Part shown: piece by piece, positions 9,132-21,645 of the stretch
Position numbering within the stretch: the stretch's first letter is position 1
Layout of the letters: every line of letters starts with the position of its first letter
Assembly (NCBI GenBank): GCA_041577295.1
Contig: JBFGJG010000005.1
Span: 1-64,000 of the forward strand
Reading direction: 5' to 3'
DNA from: Gemmatimonadales bacterium
Lineage (GTDB): Bacteria > Gemmatimonadota > Gemmatimonadetes > Gemmatimonadales > GWC2-71-9
DNA: 64,000 bases
Notes under the pieces: generated by a model
What the model was told of the DNA's origin: nothing
The model's input: only the letters and a program-made list of their open reading frames with translations
Databases searched by the model: none
Position numbers and translations under genes: made by a program

Positions 9132-12100
9132 ATGTTCCGCCCCCCAACCTGCCACTGGCTTTCCATAGGGTGCTTCATGGTAGCCGGTGTTCCTCTCTTC
9201 GGTCAGCAGACGTCAACCCAGCAGGACGACGAACCGGAATGGGACGTCACGCTCGCCCGCGGGGAGACGCGTGAGATCGCGTTTACGACGGATGAGGGGA
9301 CGTGGTTGTCGGTCGACATCTCTCCCGATGGACGCTGGGTGTTGTTCGATCTCTTGGGACACATCTATCGGGTTCCGGCCGCGGGAGGCGATGCCGTGGC
9401 GTTGACTCAGGAGAGCGGGGTTGCCGTCAACTATCACCCACGCTATTCGCCGGACGGGCAACACATCGCGTTCATCTCCGATCGAAAGGGACAGAGCAAC
9501 CTCTGGATCATGGATGCCGACGGAGCGAATCCCCGCGCGGTGTTCACGGACGGTGACGTTCGTGTCTCTCTCCCCACGTGGACACCCGACGGGGAATACA
9601 TCCTCGTGCGGCGCGACCACGTCGGTCCGAGCAGCGAAACTCTCACGGGAACTCGAAACACACACGAGCAAGGTCCGCAGGGGAAGGAGGGGATCTGGAT
9701 GTACCACCGCGACGGCGGGCAAGGTGTTGCGCTCATCGGCACGGAGGTATCGGGCGCGACATGGCCTTCCGTCTCACCGGACGGGCGCTACGTCTTCTAC
9801 CACTTTCGATCTGGCGGGCGCGACGCGCTCAAAGGTCACTACCAAATCCAACGTCTCGACCGTCAGACCGGTGATCGAATTGATATCACGGCGGGCGACG
9901 CCGAGGGTCCAGCAGCCAGCCGTGTGACGAGCGGGGGCGCGTTCGCTCCCGAGGTTTCTCCTGACGGGAGGTGGCTTGCGTTCGGGAGACAGATTCCTGA
10001 CGGGACGATCTCGTACCGGGGTCACCGCTTTGGTCCACGCACGGCGTTGTGGCTCCGGAATCTCGAGACCGGGGAGGAGCGTATCGTAGCTGATCCGATC
10101 TCGGTGGCCATCGAAAGTGGTTCGAAGAGTCTCCGTGTGCTGCCGGGTTATGCGTGGGCAGCGGATGGACGCTCGCTGGTGTTTGCACAGGGGGGGAGGC
10201 TGCGACGACTAGACGTCACCAACACCACGGTCAGCACCATTCCGTTTACTGCGGCGGTTCGCCGCACGATCTCCGAGATGGCATACCAACCGTTTCGCAT
10301 CACGGATGGGCCATTCGAGGCCAAGTTCCTGCGTTGGCATACGGCGTCGCCGAATGGTTCCGTGCTGGCGTTCCAAGCGATCGGGCGAATCTGGCTCATG
10401 GACCTTCCGAGCGGCACGCCGCGCCGGCTGACCCGGACCACCTCACCCAGTCAGGAGTTCGCACCGGCGTGGTCGCGCGACGGACGGTGGATCGCCTTCA
10501 CCACCTGGGACGACACGCTTGGCGGGCACCTCTGGAAGGTGAGGGCGAGTGGCGGCGACGCGGTTCGTCTCACCACCGTGCCAGGCGAGTTCGTTCATCC
10601 GGCGTGGAGCCCCGATGGGAATGAGCTGGCGGTGGCACGAGGCTCCGGCGCTACGGAGCGGAAGCGGACCGTCACGCACAATCCCTGGTGGGACATCGGA
10701 CGCATTCCCGCTTCCGGCGGATCGTGGCAGCATGTGACCAGAGTTGCCCTACCTGCGGGAACCGGACCCAACAGTGTCGCGCGGCGTGCCATTCTCAGTC
10801 CCTCTTATGGACCCGACGGCAGAATCTTCTTCACCGAGTTCATTCGTAGCGATGGAGAAACGAAAACAGCCGTCGTCTCGATCACGCCGGACGGCGGCGA
10901 TCGCCGTGTTCACTTCGAGCTCCCACACGCCGACGATGCAGCGCCGTCTCCCGATGGCAGATGGCTGGCGTTCCAAGAAGGGGACAACGTGTTCCTCACG
11001 GCCCTTCCTTTCGCGGGAACGGGAGCCGGACCGATTTCGCTCAACAAGCGCAGGGGCAAGCTGCCGGTGAGACAACTCAGCAGGGCGGGTGGCCTCTTCC
11101 CGAGGTGGCGGAACGCGAACACCGTCGAGTTCGGGAGTGGCAACAGGTACTTTGCTTATCACGTGACCAGCGAAGCCACGGACACGATTGCCGTTCGGCT
11201 TTCGGTTCCCCGTCGCATCCCCAGCGGACGTATCGCGCTGACCGGCGCCCGGATCGTCACGTTGGCCGGTGATCACGTCATCGACTCCGGATCCGTGGTG
11301 GTGGATGGCGCCCGACTCAGCTGTGTGGGCACGTGCTCGACCAGTGGTGTCGATAGAGTCATCGATGCCAGCGGGAAGACCATCATTCCGGGTCTCATCG
11401 ACATGCATTCGCATCACTTCCGCGAGCACCGCGGGTTCCGGCCGCTGCGGGACTATGAGGTCGCGATGTATCTCGCGTACGGTATCACGACCAACCTCGA
11501 CAACTCGATGTGGTCGCAGAACGTCTTTCCCACTGCCGAGTTGATCGAGGCCGGCATGGCCATTGGGCCTCGCACGTTCAGCACGGGCGACCCGCTCTAC
11601 GGATTTGGCGATGGAGCGCGACAGAACGTGTTGACGGATTACGAAACCACCCAGCACGAAATCGACCGACTGGCATCGTGGGGCGCGATTTCGCTCAAGC
11701 AGTACATGCAACCTCGGCGCGACCAACGGCAGTGGGTATCGCACCTCGCACGAGAAAAGGGACTCATGGTGACGAGCGAGGGGGGTGACCTCTTCTACAA
11801 CCTCGGAATGGTGATGGATGGGCAGACGGGCTGGGAACACCCGCTGAGCTACGTCCCCGTGTACGGCGACATTGCCAAGTTTTTTGGCCAAGCGGGAATC
11901 GTGTATTCACCAACGTTCGTCGTCACAGGACCCGGACCGTACAACATCGAGTTCTTCTTTGCGGATTCGGACGTGTGGAAGGATCCCAAACACCGTCGCT
12001 GGATGCCGTGGCGCCAGATGGCGGGTCATCTGCGCCGCCGTATGCTCCGCCCGGCAACTGACTACAGTTTCCCGCTGATTGCGCTGGGACTTGCCGACAT

Positions 12101-12482
12101 CATCGCCGAGGGCGGATACGGCGCCATCGGCTCCCACGGCGAGCACCATGGCCCCGCGGCCCACTGGGAAACGTGGATGGCGGCGTCCGCCATGGGGCCG
12201 CTCGAGGCCCTGCGCGTGGCTAGCGGACACGGCGCCCACTTCCTCGGTGCGGAACAAGACCTCGGCACGTTGGAGCCGGGGAAGCTGGCGGATCTCCTCG
12301 TGCTCAACAGCAACCCGTTGGACAACATCCGGAATACGATGGACATCCTGTACGTGATGAAGGGGGGCGTGTTGTACGAGGCAGAAACGCTCAACGAGGT
12401 ATGGCCCACCACGACTCCGTTTGGACCCTACTACTGGGTGGACGAGGACGCGTTACGAGATGACGATCGGCCGGTGAGATAA
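9132..12482 (+). CDS. Exported amidohydrolase with N-terminal PD40/TolB-like beta-propellers
   Basis: AAGGAG SD; signal peptide; repeated SPDGR/W motifs; amidohydrolase domain with IIPGLIDMHSH, LKQY, WEH, GSHG and GTLEPGKLADLLVLNSNPLDNIRNT. Confidence 0.9.
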   Translation: MFRPPTCHWLSIGCFMVAGVPLFGQQTSTQQDDEPEWDVTLARGETREIAFTTDEGTWLSVDISPDGRWVLFDLLGHIYRVPAAGGDAVALTQESGVAVNYHPRYSPDGQHIAFISDRKGQSNLWIMDADGANPRAVFTDGDVRVSLPTWTPDGEYILVRRDHVGPSSETLTGTRNTHEQGPQGKEGIWMYHRDGGQGVALIGTEVSGATWPSVSPDGRYVFYHFRSGGRDALKGHYQIQRLDRQTGDRIDITAGDAEGPAASRVTSGGAFAPEVSPDGRWLAFGRQIPDGTISYRGHRFGPRTALWLRNLETGEERIVADPISVAIESGSKSLRVLPGYAWAADGRSLVFAQGGRLRRLDVTNTTVSTIPFTAAVRRTISEMAYQPFRITDGPFEAKFLRWHTASPNGSVLAFQAIGRIWLMDLPSGTPRRLTRTTSPSQEFAPAWSRDGRWIAFTTWDDTLGGHLWKVRASGGDAVRLTTVPGEFVHPAWSPDGNELAVARGSGATERKRTVTHNPWWDIGRIPASGGSWQHVTRVALPAGTGPNSVARRAILSPSYGPDGRIFFTEFIRSDGETKTAVVSITPDGGDRRVHFELPHADDAAPSPDGRWLAFQEGDNVFLTALPFAGTGAGPISLNKRRGKLPVRQLSRAGGLFPRWRNANTVEFGSGNRYFAYHVTSEATDTIAVRLSVPRRIPSGRIALTGARIVTLAGDHVIDSGSVVVDGARLSCVGTCSTSGVDRVIDASGKTIIPGLIDMHSHHFREHRGFRPLRDYEVAMYLAYGITTNLDNSMWSQNVFPTAELIEAGMAIGPRTFSTGDPLYGFGDGARQNVLTDYETTQHEIDRLASWGAISLKQYMQPRRDQRQWVSHLAREKGLMVTSEGGDLFYNLGMVMDGQTGWEHPLSYVPVYGDIAKFFGQAGIVYSPTFVVTGPGPYNIEFFFADSDVWKDPKHRRWMPWRQMAGHLRRRMLRPATDYSFPLIALGLADIIAEGGYGAIGSHGEHHGPAAHWETWMAASAMGPLEALRVASGHGAHFLGAEQDLGTLEPGKLADLLVLNSNPLDNIRNTMDILYVMKGGVLYEAETLNEVWPTTTPFGPYYWVDEDALRDDDRPVR

Positions 12483-12526
12483 GAGGAAAGAGAAAGCTGG
12501 AAGGACGGAAACGTTCGAACCTTCCA
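12483..12526 (-). terminator. Possible terminator hairpin between convergent amidohydrolase and clpB
   Basis: TGGAAGG/CCTTCCA 7-bp stem (12498-12504/12520-12526) with a 15-nt loop, then a pyrimidine-rich tract on the minus strand. Confidence 0.35.
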
Positions 12527-12531
12527 ACCGT

Positions 12532-15165
<2,634 letters not shown>

Positions 15166-15199
15166 TTTGCTCTACAAATGTGAGAGTCCCATGTTGCAT

Positions 15200-15221
15200 C
15201 ACCGCAACATGTAAGTTGCTG
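15200..15221. promoter_or_regulatory. Inverted repeat upstream of clpB
   Basis: CATGTTGC-N6-GCAACATG perfect 8-bp inverted repeat about 35 nt upstream of the clpB ATG. Confidence 0.5.
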
Positions 15222-15242
15222 CTGTACTACCACATTGGGAGT

Positions 15243-15258
15243 CGCAATTGGTGTGCCC
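15243..15258 (-). promoter_or_regulatory. Candidate sigma54 (-24/-12) promoter of clpB
   Basis: Minus strand GGGCACACCAATTGCG: GG-N10-GC spacing with GGCAC and TTGC, close to consensus TGGCACG-N4-TTGC. Confidence 0.55.
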
Positions 15259-15300
15259 GGTAATTCACTGCAATAACGGCACTTACGAAGGTATGACAAG

Positions 15301-15338
15301 CCAAAACGACAGATGCGCCTGACACACAGGCGCATCTG
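15301..15338 (-). terminator. Intrinsic terminator after the CTD-only gene
   Basis: Perfect 12-bp stem CAGATGCGCCTG/CAGGCGCATCTG (15310-15321/15327-15338), 5-nt loop, then TCGTTTT on the minus strand. Confidence 0.75.
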
Positions 15339-15375
15339 GGGTGACACAGCGGTTGGCGGGGTGCTCTGGTTTCCG

Positions 15376-15801
15376 CTACTTCACGATGGTCATCTTCTTG
15401 GTGAAGGCTCTCCCGTCGACCACGAGTTGGTACACGTAGACCCCTGACGCCGCTTCGCGGTCGGACCCGAGGATCTTCCCGTCCCAGAAGGCGGAAAACT
15501 CCCCGGTCCCGTTCCACTCGAGCGGGACGTTCTCCAACAACTGGCCGGAACCCTGAAGGATCGGGATCGCAACCAACTGCGCGAGCACGTTGTAGATCCG
15601 AAGACTTACGACCGGCGGCTGACCGTCATCCCAGAGGGTACGGTCCAGCGCGAACGGGATCGTCGTCTCAGGATTAAAGGGGTTCGGGTAATTCCTGCCG
15701 AGCTGCACTCCGGAAGTGCCACTGTTGTCCTGTGCTGAGATGGCAGTCGGTGCAGCTATCAGGAGCCCGAGCGACAGCAGCCCCCAGGCTGCGTGCCTCA
15801 T
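15376..15801 (-). CDS. Small secreted protein consisting of a T9SS type A CTD / FlgD Ig-like domain
   Basis: AGGAG SD; signal peptide ending ISA-Q; NYPNPFNPETTI, LRIYNVLAQLV, WDGK, ASGVYVYQL, TKKMTIVK. Confidence 0.85.
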   Translation of the reverse strand: MRHAAWGLLSLGLLIAAPTAISAQDNSGTSGVQLGRNYPNPFNPETTIPFALDRTLWDDGQPPVVSLRIYNVLAQLVAIPILQGSGQLLENVPLEWNGTGEFSAFWDGKILGSDREAASGVYVYQLVVDGRAFTKKMTIVK

Positions 15802-15879
15802 GGCAAGCTCCTATCTAACAAAAAAGTGCCGTTAGTCCGTGCTCCTTGCCGGAATGAGTGCGTATGTTCGCAACTTGCT

Positions 15880-17805
15880 TCAAGCTACGCCCCCACGCCG
15901 AACATTGTCAAGCGTTTTTGGGGGGCTCTGACCCGCCCGAATGCCACTTCGTCGGGCATCACCCTCACGCACCGTCAGGCCGCAAGCATCGAGCCATTCG
16001 AGGACCGGGATGAGGAACTTCCGGCTCAGCCCGGTCTTTTCCCGCAGCTGAGCCGGGGTGGCCCGTCCCAGCCGCTCGACCTCCCCCAACACGGTGTCCC
16101 GGAGTGATTCGAGAGCGCCCCGATCGTAATATCGGTCGCGTCCCACCCGCAGTGCTGTGCCTTGCCGCACATAAAACTCGACGAGCTCTTGCGCCTTGTC
16201 TGCCGGCGCGATCTCGCCGAGCTCAGCAGGTGTCCGGCCATGCCACCCCGCCTCCTCGAGCGCGCGTTGCACTTGCTTGCCCATCGCGCTTTCTGCGCTC
16301 GACAGCGTGGCGTGAAAATCTGCCAGCCGCGCCACTCCTCCCTCGAAGGCTATACGGTTCTGGGCAACCAAATGTTCCTGAGCGTAATCCGCGAAGGCCG
16401 GATGCTCGACCGCCGCGCGCAGCAGCTCGCGCGGCATGCCCGGTTCCAATGGATGTTCTTCATGATACTGCGCGAGCACCTGGAGGGTCTTGCGAGCCAC
16501 GTCGTCGATGACCGCGGTCTCGACGAGCGTCTCACCGACCCGAGCCACGCCGTCGGTGAGGAGGCTCTTTATCGTGGTTTCGACCTCGGACGGATGGACG
16601 CCGAGGCGGACGACCAGCTCTTCGATCGGCAGGCCTCTGCTCCCATTGAGCGCGACGAGCGCACGTGTGCGACCGACGTGATCGGTCGCCGCGCGCTGCT
16701 CGAGCCCTCGGGGCCGCCGGGGCCGCGGGTGTGGCCAGGGATCGACGACCACGGCCCCACCGATGGTCGTGACCGGCGAGTACGACCGGAGGACCCCACG
16801 GTCACCCCAGCGCGCCACCACCGCTTCCTCGAGGCGCAGGCGTACCGGCCCGGTTGCGCCTGGTGGGATGTCATTGGCACCCGGAGTCACCCGCGCCATG
16901 ACCTCAGCGGTACCGATATGAAACCGCACGCGGGATCGCTGCGTGATGGGACGCGGTGCGGTGCTCGACAGGGTGAGCAGGACGTCCACTGCCCGCGTCT
17001 CTCGCCAATGATGGTCGGCGACCACGACGCTGCCACGACGCACGGCCCCTCGGTCCACTCCTACCAACGCCAACGCGGTGCGCCGGCCGGGCACTGCCTC
17101 ATCACGCTGTGTGCCATGCACTTCGACGCTGCGCACCCGCCCGCGGATCTCGCCTGGAAGCACGCGAACTTCATCACCCACCCGGACGGAGCCACTCCAC
17201 GTGGTGCCGGTGACCACGGTGCCCGCACCGGCCACGCTGAAGATCCGATCGACGGGTAGTCGAAAGAGATCATCCCGCGATCGCTCCGTGGCGCGTGTGG
17301 CGGCGGCGGCGAGGGCCCTCCTGAGTCCATCCACACCCTCGCCGGTCACGGCCGATGCAACCACCGGCTCCTCCCAGACGATCTGGGACGTCGCGAGACG
17401 CTCGCCGAGATCGGCGAGCACGAGCTCGAGCCAGTCGTGCTCGACGAGATCCTTCTTGCTGACGACCGGTAGTCCGGCGCGCACGCCCAGGAACTCGAGG
17501 ATGGCGAGGTGTTCGATCGTCTGCGGCATCACGCCCTCGTCCGCCGCGACGACGAGGAGGGCGACATCGACGCCGGCAGCACCCGCTACCATGTTGCGGA
17601 TGAAATCTTCGTGACCGGGCACGTCGACGACGCTGGCAGTGAGACCTTCCGCCAACTCAAGCGGTGCGAACCCGAGGTCGATTGTGATGCCGCGCCGTTT
17701 CTCCTCTTCCCACCGATCGGTATCGATCCCGGTCAGCGCCTTTACCAGCGCTGTCTTCCCGTGGTCAACGTGCCCGGCGGTCCCCACCACGACGTGACGG
17801 CTCAC
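15880..17805 (-). CDS. selB: Selenocysteine-specific translation elongation factor
   Basis: [49 protein letters not shown], and C-terminal winged helix [15 protein letters not shown]. Confidence 0.95.
   Translation of the reverse strand: MSRHVVVGTAGHVDHGKTALVKALTGIDTDRWEEEKRRGITIDLGFAPLELAEGLTASVVDVPGHEDFIRNMVAGAAGVDVALLVVAADEGVMPQTIEHLAILEFLGVRAGLPVVSKKDLVEHDWLELVLADLGERLATSQIVWEEPVVASAVTGEGVDGLRRALAAAATRATERSRDDLFRLPVDRIFSVAGAGTVVTGTTWSGSVRVGDEVRVLPGEIRGRVRSVEVHGTQRDEAVPGRRTALALVGVDRGAVRRGSVVVADHHWRETRAVDVLLTLSSTAPRPITQRSRVRFHIGTAEVMARVTPGANDIPPGATGPVRLRLEEAVVARWGDRGVLRSYSPVTTIGGAVVVDPWPHPRPRRPRGLEQRAATDHVGRTRALVALNGSRGLPIEELVVRLGVHPSEVETTIKSLLTDGVARVGETLVETAVIDDVARKTLQVLAQYHEEHPLEPGMPRELLRAAVEHPAFADYAQEHLVAQNRIAFEGGVARLADFHATLSSAESAMGKQVQRALEEAGWHGRTPAELGEIAPADKAQELVEFYVRQGTALRVGRDRYYDRGALESLRDTVLGEVERLGRATPAQLREKTGLSRKFLIPVLEWLDACGLTVREGDARRSGIRAGQSPPKTLDNVRRGGVA
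15882..15911 (-). promoter_or_regulatory. Candidate sigma70 promoter inside the selB 3' end, for the CTD-only gene
   Basis: Minus strand TTGACA-N18-TAGCTT. Confidence 0.55.
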
Positions 17806-18551
17806 GACACGCGCTCCCAGAAGCTCAACGCCTTGAGATCCTGTGCTTCGGCGAGATGATTCTGTACGAACCGGACAAAGAGGCGGCGGTGCGCCGCGGC
17901 GTGACGGGGTGGCAGGGGCTCGATCTGATCATCCCCTGCTACCACCATTCGCACCAGCGCCTCCCGATCGGATGACGAGAGACGCGAAGCGTTCCGTCCT
18001 TGCGAACAGAGCGCGCACACAAACCCACCGTCAACAATTGAAAAGGCGATCTTCCCCTCAGGCAACCGGTGTCCGCCACGCACGCAGGTGTCGAGAACCG
18101 GTGCAAAGCCGAGCGCACCGACAGTCGCCCACAGTGTAACCAACGCGGTTGCGGCCAGCCGATCGCGCGGCGTGAACGCCAGCGTCTCGAGCCTTCCCAC
18201 GACCAACTCGTAGATCTCGGGATGCGCCTCCGCCGGTGCAAAGCGCATCACCAGCTCTGCGAGCGCCGCCCCAGCGGCAAACCGCGCCACATCCCGCGTG
18301 AGCTCCTGCCGCGTGGTGATCAGGTCAAAATCCGCCAGCGTGTGGAGATCCCGACCCGCTTTCATGTAGAGCTGCGCCGTGCCTTCGCAGAGCGGCTGGA
18401 GCGCAGCACCAAACCGGCTCTTCGGGTTGAGGGCCCCTTTGGCGATGGCGCTCTGCACCCCATGATCCGGCGTGAGCAAGCGGACGATCTTGGACGTCTC
18501 GCTGTACGGGAAGCCGTGAAGAACGAGCGCGGGGGTGGTGACCAGGGGCAT
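17802..18551 (-). CDS. recO: DNA repair protein RecO
   Basis: ALVLHGFPYSETSKIVRLLT, AKGA...SRFGAALQP, LGFAPVLDTCVRG...GGFVCALC. Confidence 0.92.
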   Translation of the reverse strand: MPLVTTPALVLHGFPYSETSKIVRLLTPDHGVQSAIAKGALNPKSRFGAALQPLCEGTAQLYMKAGRDLHTLADFDLITTRQELTRDVARFAAGAALAELVMRFAPAEAHPEIYELVVGRLETLAFTPRDRLAATALVTLWATVGALGFAPVLDTCVRGGHRLPEGKIAFSIVDGGFVCALCSQGRNASRLSSSDREALVRMVVAGDDQIEPLPPRHAAAHRRLFVRFVQNHLAEAQDLKALSFWERVS

Positions 18552-18582
18552 ACGTCAAAGTTAATCGGCAAGAGACGCAGGA

Positions 18583-18643
18583 GATTGTTGATTGCTGCTT
18601 GGTGATTGCTGGTTGCTGATTGGTGGAAAACCGATCAGCAATC
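18583..18643. repeat. Degenerate heptamer tandem repeat (GATTGCT x6) with inverted copies forming a hairpin
   Basis: GATTGTT GATTGCT GCTTGGT GATTGCT GGTTGCT GATTGGT (18583-18624), then ACCGATCAGCAATC; 12-bp stem 18613-18624/18630-18641 with one non-Watson-Crick pair. Confidence 0.75.
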
Positions 18644-18644
18644 C

Positions 18645-19736
18645 CTAGTCTCCCCTCAGCGCCTCGACTAAGCGTGCCTTCAGGGCTTCGCGGCGTTTCT
18701 GATACTCTGGGTCGTTCTGCCGCTCCTGGTACTGCGCGTCGAGGGTGGCAATTTGGGCGGCGAGGACGTCGGCAGGGAGTGGACCGTGGATCGCGGGGAC
18801 GGGTTGTGCGCGGCGCCAGTACATCACCAGGGCACCGATCAAGAAAATGGCGGCGAGCGGCACGATGATCCACCAGAACTCAGCCGCGGAGCGCCCTTCC
18901 GCGGCGAAGCGGACCACGATGCGGCTTTGCTCGCCAATGTTGTTTGCCGAGTACCGCCGAAACGTGAGCTCATCCAACTCCTCCACGCCCTGCATCATAA
19001 GGGGGCCTTCCACGGCGGCCGCCGTGTCCTCGAGCATCACGTTGAACCGTTCGATGGGCTGATCGATCGGTATGCGCACCTCGCGCTCGGATCGAGGGAT
19101 GAGGTAGCTCACGAGCAACTGACGTTCGCCGGGTGGGATTGGTGCGGTTACCACAACCGCGTTGTCTCTGCGGACAACTGCTTCCGCGCTCATGTCGCTT
19201 TCGCCAACCTGGAACTCCGCGGCAGTGTGTGGGATCGCTCCCTGCCACACGGCACCCGTCGTGTCGGACACAACGCGGGTCTTGGATCCTCCGTTCACGA
19301 GCACGAGCAGCTCGATCACGCGGCGCGCGTTCTGTTCGCCGACTGACCGAACCACGACGTGTCTTTCCCGCAGGATTATGGGTGGGTCCGTAGTGGAGGT
19401 GTCGTACACGAGGAGGGGCTCGGCTTCCGCCGTGGGAGCCCCGAAGGTGTGTAGGGGCTCGGTGAAATAGGCGATGCCGTCGTGCTCGACGCTCACCACG
19501 TAATTTGCGATCGTATCCAGCACGGCAGCGCGGAGCAGATACTTGCCGGCCGCATCGGTCAATGCGGAATCGACCGGGCCCGCCTCGCCGATGGAGACGC
19601 GGTGCAGGGTCGCGAAGCGCCCGGCGACCGGCACGGAATCGCCATCCGTGACATGCACCACCCTCCCTGTCACACGAAAGCCCTGGGTCTCGGCCGTGTG
19701 TGGCAAACCCAGGGCGATCGTCAGGATCAGGGCAAT
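18645..19736 (-). CDS. Hypothetical exported protein with carboxypeptidase-like N-domain and C-terminal membrane anchor; start uncertain
   Basis: VTGRVV...TDAAGKY; TM segment FWWIIVPLAAIFLIGALVMYW; coiled-coil tail. First canonical start is TTG 19706, but an in-frame hydrophobic leader runs from ATT 19736. Confidence 0.75.
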   Translation of the reverse strand: MALILTIALGLPHTAETQGFRVTGRVVHVTDGDSVPVAGRFATLHRVSIGEAGPVDSALTDAAGKYLLRAAVLDTIANYVVSVEHDGIAYFTEPLHTFGAPTAEAEPLLVYDTSTTDPPIILRERHVVVRSVGEQNARRVIELLVLVNGGSKTRVVSDTTGAVWQGAIPHTAAEFQVGESDMSAEAVVRRDNAVVVTAPIPPGERQLLVSYLIPRSEREVRIPIDQPIERFNVMLEDTAAAVEGPLMMQGVEELDELTFRRYSANNIGEQSRIVVRFAAEGRSAAEFWWIIVPLAAIFLIGALVMYWRRAQPVPAIHGPLPADVLAAQIATLDAQYQERQNDPEYQKRREALKARLVEALRGD

Positions 19737-19737
19737 C

Positions 19738-20235
19738 TTACGGAGTGAACTTCCCGAAATCTTCCGGATCCAGGTTCTCGAGGTAGTTCTTGAGCTTCTC
19801 GGCGTCGTCGATGCTGATTTCCGGCTGCGAGGGTTCGACCGTATCCACCGATGTCATATCGAGGAGATCGTCGTGCGTGAAGATCGGCGCTTTGAGGCGC
19901 AGCGCGACCGCAATGCTGTCCGACGGCCGCGCATCGATCTGCACCACGTGGTCTTCACGGTGAATATGCAACTCGGCGTAATACGTGTTTTCCTTGACCT
20001 GCGTGATCAACACCCGTCGCAGGTCGGCGCCGAGCCCCACGATCACCTGCTTGAGTAAATCGTGGGTGAGTGGCCGTGAGAACTTGACCCCGGCGAGCTC
20101 CATGGCGATCGCACTCGCCTCCGCCGGACCGATCCAGATTGGCAACACCCGCTCACCCTCCTTCTCCTGCAGGATGACTACCGGCGTGTTGGTATTTCGG
20201 TCGAGGCCAAGGTGGGCCACGCGAACTTCGATCAT
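19738..20235 (-). CDS. Bifunctional nuclease family protein (DUF151)
   Basis: PVVILQE, LPIWIGPAEASAIA, RPLTHDLL, IDARPSDSIAVALR. Confidence 0.93.
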   Translation of the reverse strand: MIEVRVAHLGLDRNTNTPVVILQEKEGERVLPIWIGPAEASAIAMELAGVKFSRPLTHDLLKQVIVGLGADLRRVLITQVKENTYYAELHIHREDHVVQIDARPSDSIAVALRLKAPIFTHDDLLDMTSVDTVEPSQPEISIDDAEKLKNYLENLDPEDFGKFTP

Positions 20236-20241
20236 AGAACC

Positions 20242-21600
<1,359 letters not shown>

Positions 21601-21645
21601 CTATCTCGTGTTGGTTAAAAGGTAAGGGGCGATTTGGCGCGATCC

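Noticed and set aside
9300..10970. Recurring CC(C/G)GA(C/T)GG motifs as a DNA repeat array
   Set aside because: They encode the SPDG motifs of PD40 propeller blades, with irregular spacing.
15166..15300. CIRCE or HAIR operator upstream of clpB
   Set aside because: Neither TTAGCACTC-N9-GAGTGCTAA nor CTTGAGT-N7-ACTCAAG is present.
15802..15879. tRNA-Sec next to selB
   Set aside because: No cloverleaf, T-loop or UCA anticodon arm; the region reads as a 5' UTR.
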